Virus record (IMG/VR): IMGVR_UViG_3300034358_000008
Span: 260,913-324,912 of that record
DNA length: 64,000 nt
Strand: one strand, 5' to 3'
In this document: one piece after another, positions 19,820 through 29,364 of the stretch
Position numbering within the stretch: position 1 is the first letter of the stretch
How the letters are laid out: the number at the start of each line of letters is the position of its first letter
Made by a program: the position numbers and the translations under genes
The notes under the pieces: model-generated
What the model was told of the DNA's origin: nothing
Database searches by the model: none
Seen by the model: only the letters and a program-made list of their open reading frames with translations

Positions 19820-20179
19820 ATGGGACTAGACTTAGATTTCTCACGCATTAAAAGAAAGACCGGTGAAGCCCTGTTGGATGAACGTGGTCAGATTGATTAC
19901 TACGATGGTTCAGCGGCAGAGGAAGAGTTGCTCTACTACCGTAAGAACTGGTCAGTAATGGAGGCGTTGAATGAGATGTTTGAATATCCACCTCAGACAA
20001 CGTATATCCCATTAACCAAATTGCAAGCGCATCATCTGTGGTACATGGTTCAACAGCGACGAGATAAGTCATGTGCTGTGACCAGGAAGAAGGGAGCTAA
20101 GTTCATTCAAGAGTTCGGTAATCTACTGAAAACTTTTGACTGGGATAACTATCTGCTGACTTTCAACTGGATCTCGTGA
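19820..20179 (+). CDS. Hypothetical protein, MGLD...YxRK phage family
   Basis: N-terminal MGLD and internal YYRKNW motif. Confidence 0.7.
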   Translation: MGLDLDFSRIKRKTGEALLDERGQIDYYDGSAAEEELLYYRKNWSVMEALNEMFEYPPQTTYIPLTKLQAHHLWYMVQQRRDKSCAVTRKKGAKFIQEFGNLLKTFDWDNYLLTFNWIS

Positions 20180-20267
20180 TTCTTTACTGATCATTGGTAT
20201 ACTGTAGGAGTTCCACACGGGCTCCTACAGATTACTTTTAATTTTTTGTTATCGATAGGAACTTGCA

Positions 20268-21326
20268 ATGTCGAACAAACGTACTTTCGTTGTAGTTGAT
20301 GGTCCAGACTTCTCCGGTAAATCTACCCTCATGAAAGCTTTCCTCGCTCGGATCGAGCAGGAACAAATCCCATTCGTGGCTATCCGTGAACCGGGTAGTG
20401 TTGATGGTGCTCCATCTCTGGCTGAAGAAGTTCGTGCTACCCTGATCGCTAAGCGTGATGAAGTAGTGCATCCTGAAACTGACGTACTGCTGCATATGGG
20501 TTACCGTATCCAGAACGTCAAGAACGTAATCAAGCCTGCTCTGGATGAAGGTAAGTGGGTCGTATCCGATCGCTTCATCTTCTCGACGTGGTGTCTGAAC
20601 GTTCAAGCTAACCTGCCAACTCATCCACATCTGGTTGAGATGTTCTACGGTCTGATGCCGTACGTACTGAAAGGTATTCCTGAGCCACTGACTTTCATTC
20701 TGGATACTCCTCGTGAGATCCGTGATGCTCGTGCAGCCTCTGACGAACGCAAGAAAGACCGTTACGAGTCTCAGGCTAAAGACGTACACGATCGCATTGA
20801 AGCAGCCTACGATCAACTCCGTAGTGCTCCTAGCTGTGTGTTCCTCGACGGTACCAAGTCTACAGAAGAACTGGTTGAGCAAATGCTCGTAACCGTTAAG
20901 GCTTTCAGTGAAGAACTTCAGGACCAGCTGGAATCTGAACAGGCTCGGACAGAAGTCGTTGAAGAACGTAAGCTGACTGCTGATGAACGCATGCAAGAAG
21001 TGCGTAATGAACTTGATGCAGACGAATCTTGGGATCTCGATACCAAGTGTCATGAATACGTACGTGATCACATCACAATCGTAGCTGACCGTTTGTTCCC
21101 AGGTGCTGAAGGTGAAGAACTGGTCAAGTACACCAAGGATGCTGAAGAGTTTTCCTTCAAGGCTGCTAAAGCCGTGTTCTTGAAATCCGGTGAAGACCGT
21201 ACCATTTTCCATCCATCCCGGATCGGACAGATTAACCAAAAGGTTCACTCTGTTCTTAACTTCAGCTTCATGAAGGAGCAGTGGAACGAACTCTTCGATC
21301 GCGAAGGGATCAAACCCGCTGAATAA
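20268..21326 (+). CDS. tmk: Thymidylate kinase with C-terminal extension
   Basis: P-loop DGPDFSGKST, REPG, and VVSDRF motifs. Confidence 0.92.
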   Translation: MSNKRTFVVVDGPDFSGKSTLMKAFLARIEQEQIPFVAIREPGSVDGAPSLAEEVRATLIAKRDEVVHPETDVLLHMGYRIQNVKNVIKPALDEGKWVVSDRFIFSTWCLNVQANLPTHPHLVEMFYGLMPYVLKGIPEPLTFILDTPREIRDARAASDERKKDRYESQAKDVHDRIEAAYDQLRSAPSCVFLDGTKSTEELVEQMLVTVKAFSEELQDQLESEQARTEVVEERKLTADERMQEVRNELDADESWDLDTKCHEYVRDHITIVADRLFPGAEGEELVKYTKDAEEFSFKAAKAVFLKSGEDRTIFHPSRIGQINQKVHSVLNFSFMKEQWNELFDREGIKPAE

Positions 21327-21329
21327 ACA

Positions 21330-21530
21330 ATGCCCGTAGACATTCCAGGACCAGATCTTTGGAAGTACGAGGGTTGTGAATTCCACTCCGTAGTTGGTGG
21401 CATGTTGATGCGTGTAATCTTTAAATGCGCTGATTCGAAGAACGTTACTGTCTGTAACTACTACCACCGAAACAATACTTGCAAGATCAAACTCAAATCG
21501 TTTCTCGAAAGCTTTACTCTAATCAAATAA
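21330..21530 (+). CDS. Hypothetical small beta protein
   Basis: Ends LKSFLESFTLI, similar to the next gene. Confidence 0.6.
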   Translation: MPVDIPGPDLWKYEGCEFHSVVGGMLMRVIFKCADSKNVTVCNYYHRNNTCKIKLKSFLESFTLIK

Positions 21531-21544
21531 GGAATCTTTGTAGC

Positions 21545-21784
21545 ATGGCCGACATCCTCTCCCTCTCTAGCCCTAAATACATTCGTGCAAGCGAATTGGC
21601 TGACCTCGGGGACTACGTAAACCGTACTTTCATTATTCGTAAGAACGGCGCCGTCAACGCAGTAAAGTTGAATGAAGTAAAGAACAACACTGTGTATTTG
21701 GAATACACCACAGAACGTCAGGATAAGTTTAGTGTACCACTGAACAAGTTCCTTAAATTCTACGAACTCCCTCAGAAGGTTTAA
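21545..21784 (+). CDS. Hypothetical small beta protein
   Basis: AAGGA RBS; ends LNKFLKFYEL. Confidence 0.7.
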   Translation: MADILSLSSPKYIRASELADLGDYVNRTFIIRKNGAVNAVKLNEVKNNTVYLEYTTERQDKFSVPLNKFLKFYELPQKV

Positions 21785-21787
21785 GCC

Positions 21788-22108
21788 ATGATTCGTACCG
21801 CTGGTAACATCATCGCATTAACGTCGTTGTTGTCTGGTGTACATTGCTACTTCTTGCATCACGAACGTTCTAGCGAAGTTGTAATCAAAGCTGGTAACAT
21901 CTTACTGGGCGAAGGCATTCAAATGACTTCGGATCGATGTGCTTACCGCCTGAATGTCTACTTAGAAGTCGATGAACTGGTTGTAAGTACATGGCATGAC
22001 GGTGCAATGATTAATCAACTCCGCATCGTAGGTGACACGGTTGAAGATCGGCGAGACCTGTTGGCTAAGGTTGTCAAGATTCTCATGGGTGAAACTGTTT
22101 TCGAGTAA
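21788..22108 (+). CDS. Hypothetical protein
   Basis: Operon member followed by a terminator. Confidence 0.7.
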   Translation: MIRTAGNIIALTSLLSGVHCYFLHHERSSEVVIKAGNILLGEGIQMTSDRCAYRLNVYLEVDELVVSTWHDGAMINQLRIVGDTVEDRRDLLAKVVKILMGETVFE

Positions 22109-22143
22109 ACATAAACTCCCTACCTTCGGGTAGGGATTTATTT
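22109..22143 (+). terminator. Intrinsic terminator
   Basis: TCCCTACC-TTCG-GGTAGGGA-TTTATTT. Confidence 0.8.
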
Positions 22144-22154
22144 CGTGAGGTTGT

Positions 22155-22403
22155 ATGATATCTGAAATCAAAGTGTGGATGCCTGAGAAGGGTTATAAGG
22201 ATGCAGATCTAGGTGAATGTATCTTTGTGACTGACGACTTCGTCACGTTTGCAACGGACTATCCACCTGCTGCACTCCGATCACAACAGATGTGGAATAA
22301 TGGTTGGGAGGTCTACGTTCAACCTGTGCTCTATACTTGGGTATCGGCGAATACGCCAAATAGGGGTTACGTTACCACTTACAAGCGGAGAACTCTAAAA
22401 TGA
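22155..22403 (+). CDS. Hypothetical protein (paralogue family FVT...GWE...TTYKR)
   Basis: GAGG RBS; similar to 22400 and 23003 genes. Confidence 0.7.
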   Translation: MISEIKVWMPEKGYKDADLGECIFVTDDFVTFATDYPPAALRSQQMWNNGWEVYVQPVLYTWVSANTPNRGYVTTYKRRTLK

Positions 22404-22618
22404 GTTGGATTTATGAGAATGGCCAGTATCTAGGTAATGATGCTAAAATTGCGAGTATGGCGGATGGATTCGTAACGGTCGATAGTATATTCATTCCCGA
22501 CGCTATTACGCTAGGCCTGTTCAAGCGTGATGGGTGGGAAATCTATAATGGTACTGTCCATAAAGATGAATCGCACGCAGTATTCAAATATCGTACAACT
22601 TACAAAAAGGTGATCTGA
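22400..22618 (+). CDS. Hypothetical protein (same family)
   Basis: DGFVT...DGWEIY...TTYKK. Confidence 0.7.
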   Translation: MSWIYENGQYLGNDAKIASMADGFVTVDSIFIPDAITLGLFKRDGWEIYNGTVHKDESHAVFKYRTTYKKVI

Positions 22619-22619
22619 C

Positions 22620-23018
22620 GTGGCAAGAAGATATGATTGGAAACGTCGCACGGAGTTATTGGTTGAAGCTGCTGGCGAGTATGCTGCTCACTGGGTGGGT
22701 ACAGCTGGTACAACACGAGCGAAGATTAGTACCGTTAACCGAGGGGAACGGTTCTATATCGAATGGCGCCGTAATAAGACCAAGCAATGGACTGCTGTAC
22801 GTGTCATGAGTCGACATGGTCGAGATATTTACGTAGAGTTGAAACACGGTATAGTACTAACGGTAGCTGATTGGACGCTTCATAAAGGTGATTGGAAGAA
22901 ACTGTACAAGCAACTTGAACGGACTATCTTTAAACATCTAACTACCGAACATGCTTCTCAAATTATGTCTAACGCTGATGACCGCTACTACTGGGATTGC
23001 ACATGTGTAAAGAACTAG
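22620..23018 (+). CDS. Hypothetical protein
   Basis: 132-aa ORF in the operon. Confidence 0.65.
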   Translation: MARRYDWKRRTELLVEAAGEYAAHWVGTAGTTRAKISTVNRGERFYIEWRRNKTKQWTAVRVMSRHGRDIYVELKHGIVLTVADWTLHKGDWKKLYKQLERTIFKHLTTEHASQIMSNADDRYYWDCTCVKN

Positions 23019-23227
23019 AACTATACGCCACCGTGGTAAATGCACAATGCATTAGCGTATCGGAAAACTTTGCTACTATGGAAAGTGATGTACCGATGAC
23101 GGCTACTGAATTACAGGAGATGCTAGAACAACAATGGGAATCGATGTACGCCCCTGTTCTAGTGGGTGAAGGTACGACCTCACCCGTTTTCCATCAAACC
23201 TTTAAGAAAATCATTTTCCACGGCTAA
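23003..23227 (+). CDS. Hypothetical protein (same family as 22155 and 22400)
   Basis: ENFAT...QWE...QTFKK. Confidence 0.65.
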   Translation: MCKELELYATVVNAQCISVSENFATMESDVPMTATELQEMLEQQWESMYAPVLVGEGTTSPVFHQTFKKIIFHG

Positions 23228-23238
23228 CAGGATAAGAG

Positions 23239-23931
23239 ATGAAAAAGTTTCATTGGAGTATAGTGTTACTGGTTTTGGTTATAGTGGTACTATGCTTGGG
23301 ACAAGCTAAGGCTGCTCCAATGCAGTACTTCGGTACTCCGATCTGGTACTCGAAGTTCACCCCTAACGAATTCGATTGCGTGTATGCAAAGGAAGCATCA
23401 TTCGGATTCTGTGCTGATGCTCGGTACTACGAAGAAGCTACAGTTGGGTACACTCAGAAGAATGATCCTAATAAAGGTGTAGGTGTGCCCGTTAGGCTGT
23501 TTACTGAAGTGGTCTGCTTAGACACGATCTGCGCCACGAACTACGGTGAGCCTTACGGTTCATCAGTTGAACGCGGTGTGACGTACTGGTACGTTCCTGT
23601 GGGCTTCTACATGGACAATAGCACTGGTAAGACCCGTGTATACAAACATGGTACTGGTCCACGTGCAGATTACTTCTTAATGAAGGGTATTAAACTGATC
23701 CCCGGTTATCAAGATCCACCTGTGGGTAAAGTACAAGTACCAAAAGATACTCTAGACCGTTACGATGTGTACTGCAACCAAGCTGATGAATGTAGCTATA
23801 TGGGTCGGATCATGCTGGCCTCTCAACTTAAACAGTACATCCCAAAAGTACTAACTTACAATTGTTCCGGTCGGTTCTGCTATAACCAAGATAAGACCAT
23901 TGCCGGACTTAACCCTCGAGACATGAATTAA
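23239..23931 (+). CDS. Secreted/periplasmic Cys-rich protein
   Basis: Sec signal peptide MKK-hydrophobic-AKA; paired Cys motifs. Confidence 0.75.
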   Translation: MKKFHWSIVLLVLVIVVLCLGQAKAAPMQYFGTPIWYSKFTPNEFDCVYAKEASFGFCADARYYEEATVGYTQKNDPNKGVGVPVRLFTEVVCLDTICATNYGEPYGSSVERGVTYWYVPVGFYMDNSTGKTRVYKHGTGPRADYFLMKGIKLIPGYQDPPVGKVQVPKDTLDRYDVYCNQADECSYMGRIMLASQLKQYIPKVLTYNCSGRFCYNQDKTIAGLNPRDMN

Positions 23932-24315
23932 ATGGATATTTTAGGCGAACTCCAGAGTTACATTACGATTCAGGCTACATTTGAATTGTTCTTCCTTCTA
24001 ATGGTTGGGCATGCACTTGCTGACTACGCACTGCAAAATGATTTTATGGCAGCAGCCAAGAATCATAAGACCGAACTAGGGAAGGTTTATTGGAAATGGG
24101 TATTGCCCTCACACGGGTTGATCCATGCTGGGTTCGTCTATTTTATTGCTGGGTCATTTGTACTGGCTCTAGCGGAGTTCGTTATCCACACGATCACAGA
24201 CTACCTCAAGTGCGATGGTCGTATTGGATTCCAAACTGACCAATGGATTCATGTGGGTTGTAAGGTACTATGGGTCTTGTTGTTGGCCTTCGAAATCCCC
24301 TTTGTTCTGGAGTAA
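23932..24315 (+). CDS. DUF3307-family membrane protein
   Basis: GHALADYALQ...HG.IH...H...DYLK...DQWIH pattern. Confidence 0.8.
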   Translation: MDILGELQSYITIQATFELFFLLMVGHALADYALQNDFMAAAKNHKTELGKVYWKWVLPSHGLIHAGFVYFIAGSFVLALAEFVIHTITDYLKCDGRIGFQTDQWIHVGCKVLWVLLLAFEIPFVLE

Positions 24316-24318
24316 GTT

Positions 24319-24771
24319 ATGAACCCTATGCAACAGTGTTTCTTTGGTATGACTCGTACAGAGATCGAGTCAGCCTGTAGTGGATGGTCTATACCTCACG
24401 ATGTAATGGTAGCCGTTTTTACAGCGGTGTCTCCACAGAAGCATGAAGTCGGTACCGGCACCGGACCAACACTTCAGGACGTAATTGATCATTTCATGAA
24501 TGAGAAGGCATATGGCGAACTACGGTTGTTGCCTGACACGTTGTTGCAACATCAACTCGATAAGGCAATGCAGTACACTGCCTTAGAGGCTGGCGCATGG
24601 AATGATACTACGTGTTTCAAAGTAGCCAGCCTACGTTATCACATGGACCTTTACAACGTCGGTCAGTTTAGCTTCATGAACTCCAGCTGGTTCCGTAAAG
24701 AAGTCCAACCTACTGTTAATTCGGTTAAAGCCAAATTGAAACTTGCACTACCATTTATTAAGGAAATGTAA
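24319..24771 (+). CDS. Hypothetical protein, paralogue of next gene
   Basis: GTGTGPTLQDVIDHF. Confidence 0.7.
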   Translation: MNPMQQCFFGMTRTEIESACSGWSIPHDVMVAVFTAVSPQKHEVGTGTGPTLQDVIDHFMNEKAYGELRLLPDTLLQHQLDKAMQYTALEAGAWNDTTCFKVASLRYHMDLYNVGQFSFMNSSWFRKEVQPTVNSVKAKLKLALPFIKEM

Positions 24772-24772
24772 C

Positions 24773-25183
24773 ATGGGACTCATGGGTACAACTGAAGATC
24801 GTTTCTATAACCTTACCAAAGACCAGATGGCAACCCTTGCTCCGTCAGATCTACGTGTCATCATACGTAAAGCTTTTGATAATCCATGTACAGGTACGGG
24901 TCCTGGTCCTACGATGCAGGAGGTCATTGATCATTACTACGATCAACGTAACTATATCCTTTTCCGTAGAATGAACCCTACATCTATACCGATGTTGGAA
25001 GTGTTGGATCTGTTGTTTACCTTTAACCGAAATGCTACCGCAGGTAGTCTTCCATGGTGTGTACCATCGATCTGTGAAGATAGTGATCAGGTCCACGGTA
25101 TTGGCGACTTTGATTTCAAAGCCGCCCGTGAACAACACCCAGAAGTTGACAAGCTTTTGACTGATGCTGGTTGGGTTTCCTAA
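24773..25183 (+). CDS. Hypothetical protein, paralogue of previous gene
   Basis: GTGPGPTMQEVIDHY; AAGGA RBS. Confidence 0.7.
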   Translation: MGLMGTTEDRFYNLTKDQMATLAPSDLRVIIRKAFDNPCTGTGPGPTMQEVIDHYYDQRNYILFRRMNPTSIPMLEVLDLLFTFNRNATAGSLPWCVPSICEDSDQVHGIGDFDFKAAREQHPEVDKLLTDAGWVS

Positions 25184-25186
25184 CGA

Positions 25187-25233
25187 ACATATCGCCAGTC
25201 CTTCGGGACTGGCTTTATGCCTTTTTCTTTTTT
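25187..25233 (+). terminator. Intrinsic terminator
   Basis: GCCAGTCC-TTCG-GGACTGGC with long T tract. Confidence 0.85.
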
Positions 25234-25281
25234 GTGTTCAATGTAATGTATAGATAAGTCCACTCTGACACGGAGGGGGAC

Positions 25282-25764
25282 ATGGTGCTTACTTACAACA
25301 CTGTCGACAAAATCGATATACAAGTAACTAATGGCATGTCTATTGGATACTTTGGGACAGAGGATGACCTTGCCGCGATCCCTAAACAGATTGGGGATTG
25401 GCTTCTAAAGACTGTACCGGATGACTATCGCCCAGGCGTTGGTTACATCGTAGCAGTCCCGTCGAATAAACGGACTCGGTTGTTGTACAAGCAAGGTCGT
25501 CTTCGATGGCTAGAGGTAATTGGGTTTAATCCAAATCAAGCATTTAAATACATGAAGGCTGCTGAACGTGCTTCTCGGCGTTGGGACCACCGTGTAGCTA
25601 AATTCGTGGTTGATAATTATACCCTTGATCCTTTCGTTATAGATGAGATCCTTAATAGTGCACTCCCACGGAATGTGTGCCTGGCTAACGGGATTTACAC
25701 TACATTAAACCATGGGAAGGTTCTTGCAGCCTGCAATATTCTCAAGAACCTAGCATCATTATAA
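25282..25764 (+). CDS. Hypothetical protein
   Basis: GGAGG RBS; has its own terminator. Confidence 0.75.
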   Translation: MVLTYNTVDKIDIQVTNGMSIGYFGTEDDLAAIPKQIGDWLLKTVPDDYRPGVGYIVAVPSNKRTRLLYKQGRLRWLEVIGFNPNQAFKYMKAAERASRRWDHRVAKFVVDNYTLDPFVIDEILNSALPRNVCLANGIYTTLNHGKVLAACNILKNLASL

Positions 25765-25767
25765 CTC

Positions 25768-25795
25768 GGAGGACTACGGTCCTCCATTTATTTTG
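25768..25795 (+). terminator. Intrinsic terminator
   Basis: GGAGGAC-TACG-GTCCTCC-ATTTATTTT. Confidence 0.7.
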
Positions 25796-25832
25796 CTTAT
25801 TCATATGAAACTAATAACTTGGAGACGCCATA

Positions 25833-26264
25833 GTGGACTTTTTTGTTGACGCAGAATTTGATGTACCTACTAAGACCCTAATCAGTTTGGGCATCGTAAG
25901 CGCCGACGGTAACCGTGAGTTTTACGAAGTACTCGACTACTCTAATATTCAAGATCCGTGGGTTAAGGCTAACGTCATCCCTATCTTGGAAAAGGAACCG
26001 ATCCCGCGCGAAGAATTTCAAGAGCGTCTTAAGCGCTTTGTTGGTCAATTCCCCGGCATGAACATAATCGTTAACCACCCGAACGATGTGATCTATTTTA
26101 GTGAAGCATTGTTATACGGTGACAAAGGCAAGTGGATTAAGATCCAACCTCTTACCTTTGATGTCGATGACGAACTAAGTGGTAAAGGCTCTAAGTTACT
26201 TCATAACGCCCTCCATGACGCAAGAGCTACCAGAGAAGACTGGCTCATGAAGAATGGTTTTTAA
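25833..26264 (+). CDS. DEDDh 3'-5' exonuclease (Rv2179c-like)
   Basis: FFVDAEF...LISLGIV...EFY...WVKANVIP...HNALHDARA. Confidence 0.85.
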   Translation: MDFFVDAEFDVPTKTLISLGIVSADGNREFYEVLDYSNIQDPWVKANVIPILEKEPIPREEFQERLKRFVGQFPGMNIIVNHPNDVIYFSEALLYGDKGKWIKIQPLTFDVDDELSGKGSKLLHNALHDARATREDWLMKNGF

Positions 26265-26278
26265 ATAAGGAAATAGAA

Positions 26279-26950
26279 ATGTCAGTATTTGAACAAATGA
26301 CCTCTCAACCAAATCGCCGTTGCCGTCCTGAGACGCTCCTGCGGTTGCTGATGTCCACAAGTTATCCTCAGTCTACCTTGAGTGATCTCACACTTGCAAT
26401 CGCGGTGCATGGTGGTCAGACTGATTCAGCAGAACTCGAACAAGATGCTTCGGGTATGCGTGAAGTAGAACGATCGTATTCGTTGTTTGACTTCATTCGT
26501 TGCATTGAGATTAAACGTGTAGATGGTGAGATTAAGATCATCACTAAATGTTTGGACATTGATCCAACCATGCGGGCTATTAATGATAGTGCCGAGACAC
26601 ACGTACAAATGGCTGCTGCTACAGTAAGCCTGATTAACGGTGATTCTCCATTGGCTGAGACAGATGCTTTGGCCATTCGTCTATTAGAGCTGTTCTACCG
26701 CTCTCAGGTTAAGTCTAAGCGTCCTAACGACACGATCGATAAGACTACGTGGCGTTACCGCAATAAGATACAAGACCGCTCCAATCCTGCTGGGAAGCGT
26801 GAGAACGTAGACTCTGATTTGTCCGTTAAAGAAGCTATTGATAAACTGGCTTCGAGTTTGGGTAAGAAGAACTTCCATGTGATCCTTACACAGAACGCTA
26901 TCCTGCTATTGGATCAGAAAGCACGTCTTTACGGTACACGTACGAAATGA
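26279..26950 (+). CDS. Hypothetical protein
   Basis: AAGGA RBS, 223 aa. Confidence 0.75.
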   Translation: MSVFEQMTSQPNRRCRPETLLRLLMSTSYPQSTLSDLTLAIAVHGGQTDSAELEQDASGMREVERSYSLFDFIRCIEIKRVDGEIKIITKCLDIDPTMRAINDSAETHVQMAAATVSLINGDSPLAETDALAIRLLELFYRSQVKSKRPNDTIDKTTWRYRNKIQDRSNPAGKRENVDSDLSVKEAIDKLASSLGKKNFHVILTQNAILLLDQKARLYGTRTK

Positions 26951-26990
26951 CATAAAGCCCCTCCCGTTAAAGGAGGGGTCTTATGCCGTT
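26950..26990. terminator. Bidirectional terminator between convergent genes
   Basis: CATAAAGCCCCTCC-CGTTAAA-GGAGGGGTCTTATG. Confidence 0.75.
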
Positions 26991-28926
26991 ATGCACCTAC
27001 AGTCGAGTTGGCACCGATAACCCAATTAGAAGCATTGAGTGTGTTGACGGCCTTACGACCAACGTTGAACAGTACGTCAGCTTTCACTGGATGGAGTGTC
27101 CAGACAATCGGTAAGTCATCCCAGTAATAGACTTGGTTGGTATCTGCAATAATAACTGCATCACCGATAGCGCCTACTGCGGGTTTGTTCGTATTGAATG
27201 ATGCGAGGTTTGCATAGATCTGTACACGAACCGGAGTCAGTTCAGAGCTTGCAAATGGTAGACGCATCTTACCCATCACCTTCCACCACTGATTGTAAGT
27301 GGTAGTACCCAAGCTTTTAGCTGTGGTATAACACTTATCTGCAAATAGCGTTATGTCGCTTTGCACCTCCGCCACAGTTTTACCTGTGAAGTAAGGGTGT
27401 TGAAGGATCTGATTAATAAACGTCGAGATTCCACCACTAGCTTCCCAGTACGGTGTAACGTTAGGGATACTAATAGTAGTTGTCAAGCTGTATTCAAACG
27501 GATCAGTGATCGAGAACTTCAATACCGAACCATTCTTCACTGGCATTGGGTTACCCGAACCGCCGAATGGTAGGTACGCGGTATTACCTACACCCGCCGT
27601 TACGGAAGTCTGGAAGAAGCCAACCAAATTACCATCTACTTGAATCTTACCTCGTAAGGTGCCTTCGAATGCTGGGTCAGGACCGATCCCATAATCCACG
27701 ACAGGTTTATAAGTGGTTGACGTAGCCAGTACAGACCGGTTAAAGGAATCACGTACAGTAACAGCAGACGGGTCAATTACAGTAAACAACATTGGCTTAG
27801 TAATGATAGTACCATCATTCAACTGGACCAATACGTTAACCCGATATTTACCAGCTGTAGTCATGGGGATCACTAGAGCTTGTGTTGGATCAACTGCTTC
27901 ATCGGTATACAACTCAGGCATCACTAGAGATTCAGAAACCCCTGCGTAGATAGATGCTGAATCTGGTAATCCATTTAACAACGGGTGAGTTTGTGGTGGA
28001 CCAGGAGCGCCAATTTGACGTTTGATTTCAGATACCAATACAGGACTACGATCAACGTTACCAGAGAAATAACAACCATACTCTTTTGCCAACAAGATAG
28101 CTGCCGCAGCAAATATACTACCACGAGACACAGCATCCTGAAGACTGGTATAGTTGTCACCGCAGTGGTCCGTAATGATAGCAATACCATTACCCGCTGA
28201 TCGATACGCTGCAAGTTCTTTTGCAAACCGATCTGTTACCCGTAAACTTGCCATATCGGCATAGTCTTTCAAACCGAAGAACACTACTGCTGCGTATTGA
28301 TCTAAGTAGTTGAAGTCAAAGTCGATCTTAGTGCTCGCGTTAGGTGGCTCGTAATAAGTTGCCGTCCAGTTACCCGCTTGGACGATACCAGTTAGAGTAT
28401 CCTTAAACCCTAATGGGCCATCTGGACTAGATTGGCCAGCAGTAGGATTGTAATGTGAGTCGGTCAGTACAAAGGTTTCACCCTTAATACAGTCACCAAT
28501 AAACAGTACCTTACGGTTACCTGCCGCAACCTTACGTGGGTTAGCAATAAAGTTCAATCCGTTATACAGGTACTTTTGTGCTGGAGTTAAAGTGGCAAAC
28601 GTATTGGGTAGTGTTGCAGGATACGTCCCACCATTATTAGCTGCAAGCTGGTTATTGTAGAACTTAGGGAAACCCCCATCGTAGATAACGTTACCACGTC
28701 CATCTTGAGTAACGGCTAGGAAAGGGCGATCGATAGTAGGTCCCGGATTAGGACCCGGTGGAACTGGCGTGATAGGACCACGGTCATATGCCAAGATCTC
28801 AGTCAGGACTGGATTTCGTTCAGTACGTGTAACAATAGCCCGACGAGAGTTCGCCGGGAACGTTACGGTAAGTGTTTGACCCGTTGTGTAATAACCGGGT
28901 TCTAGAGAAGAGATGATCTCAGCCAT
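26989..28926 (-). CDS. Putative virion structural protein (tail/fibre-associated)
   Basis: 645 aa, Thr/Gly/Pro-rich beta character; lies downstream of the helicase as virion genes do in phiKZ-like phages (inference). Confidence 0.6.
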   Translation of the reverse strand: MAEIISSLEPGYYTTGQTLTVTFPANSRRAIVTRTERNPVLTEILAYDRGPITPVPPGPNPGPTIDRPFLAVTQDGRGNVIYDGGFPKFYNNQLAANNGGTYPATLPNTFATLTPAQKYLYNGLNFIANPRKVAAGNRKVLFIGDCIKGETFVLTDSHYNPTAGQSSPDGPLGFKDTLTGIVQAGNWTATYYEPPNASTKIDFDFNYLDQYAAVVFFGLKDYADMASLRVTDRFAKELAAYRSAGNGIAIITDHCGDNYTSLQDAVSRGSIFAAAAILLAKEYGCYFSGNVDRSPVLVSEIKRQIGAPGPPQTHPLLNGLPDSASIYAGVSESLVMPELYTDEAVDPTQALVIPMTTAGKYRVNVLVQLNDGTIITKPMLFTVIDPSAVTVRDSFNRSVLATSTTYKPVVDYGIGPDPAFEGTLRGKIQVDGNLVGFFQTSVTAGVGNTAYLPFGGSGNPMPVKNGSVLKFSITDPFEYSLTTTISIPNVTPYWEASGGISTFINQILQHPYFTGKTVAEVQSDITLFADKCYTTAKSLGTTTYNQWWKVMGKMRLPFASSELTPVRVQIYANLASFNTNKPAVGAIGDAVIIADTNQVYYWDDLPIVWTLHPVKADVLFNVGRKAVNTLNASNWVIGANSTVGA

Positions 28927-28935
28927 GGGTCACAC

Positions 28936-29301
28936 CTATTTCTTAACCGGCATGGTAACACGAATGTGGTAAGTTACCACACCATTATAGTTGTTCTTGA
29001 TTACGACCTTACCATCAGCTTGGATTTCATACCGCAATACACTCAATGCATCAACGATTGGCGGAGTGGTTGGAATAGTCGGATCAACCATACTCAGTTG
29101 GATACCGATAGAACCAGCGTAATACAGAGCGATGTCGAAACCCAGTTCAGTTGGTGCATCGTAGATGGTCTGACCATTGGCTGGAACAGTACCTGTCTTA
29201 TAACGGAACGAAGCAGCCCCGCCGCTGGTAATAGCAGCCTTCACTTTAGCGAAGTATGCTTGCATTTGTTGGATCATGTAAGCTTTGCCTGTAGCGCTCA
29301 T
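28936..29301 (-). CDS. Putative small virion protein
   Basis: Likely start MSATGKAYM at 29301 with AAGG RBS; co-oriented with the 645-aa gene. Confidence 0.65.
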   Translation of the reverse strand: MSATGKAYMIQQMQAYFAKVKAAITSGGAASFRYKTGTVPANGQTIYDAPTELGFDIALYYAGSIGIQLSMVDPTIPTTPPIVDALSVLRYEIQADGKVVIKNNYNGVVTYHIRVTMPVKK

Positions 29302-29320
29302 GTCTTTTACCTTTAATGTT

Positions 29321-29345
29321 AGAACAATTTTAACAACTATATCAT
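29321..29345 (+). promoter_or_regulatory. Possible early-type promoter for the endonuclease
   Basis: AT-rich tract ending CTATATCAT. Confidence 0.45.
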
Positions 29346-29364
29346 TCACGTGGAGGAAAGCACT

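Noticed and set aside
20238-21467. 409-aa minus-strand ORF
   Set aside because: Mirror of tmk with no recognisable motifs
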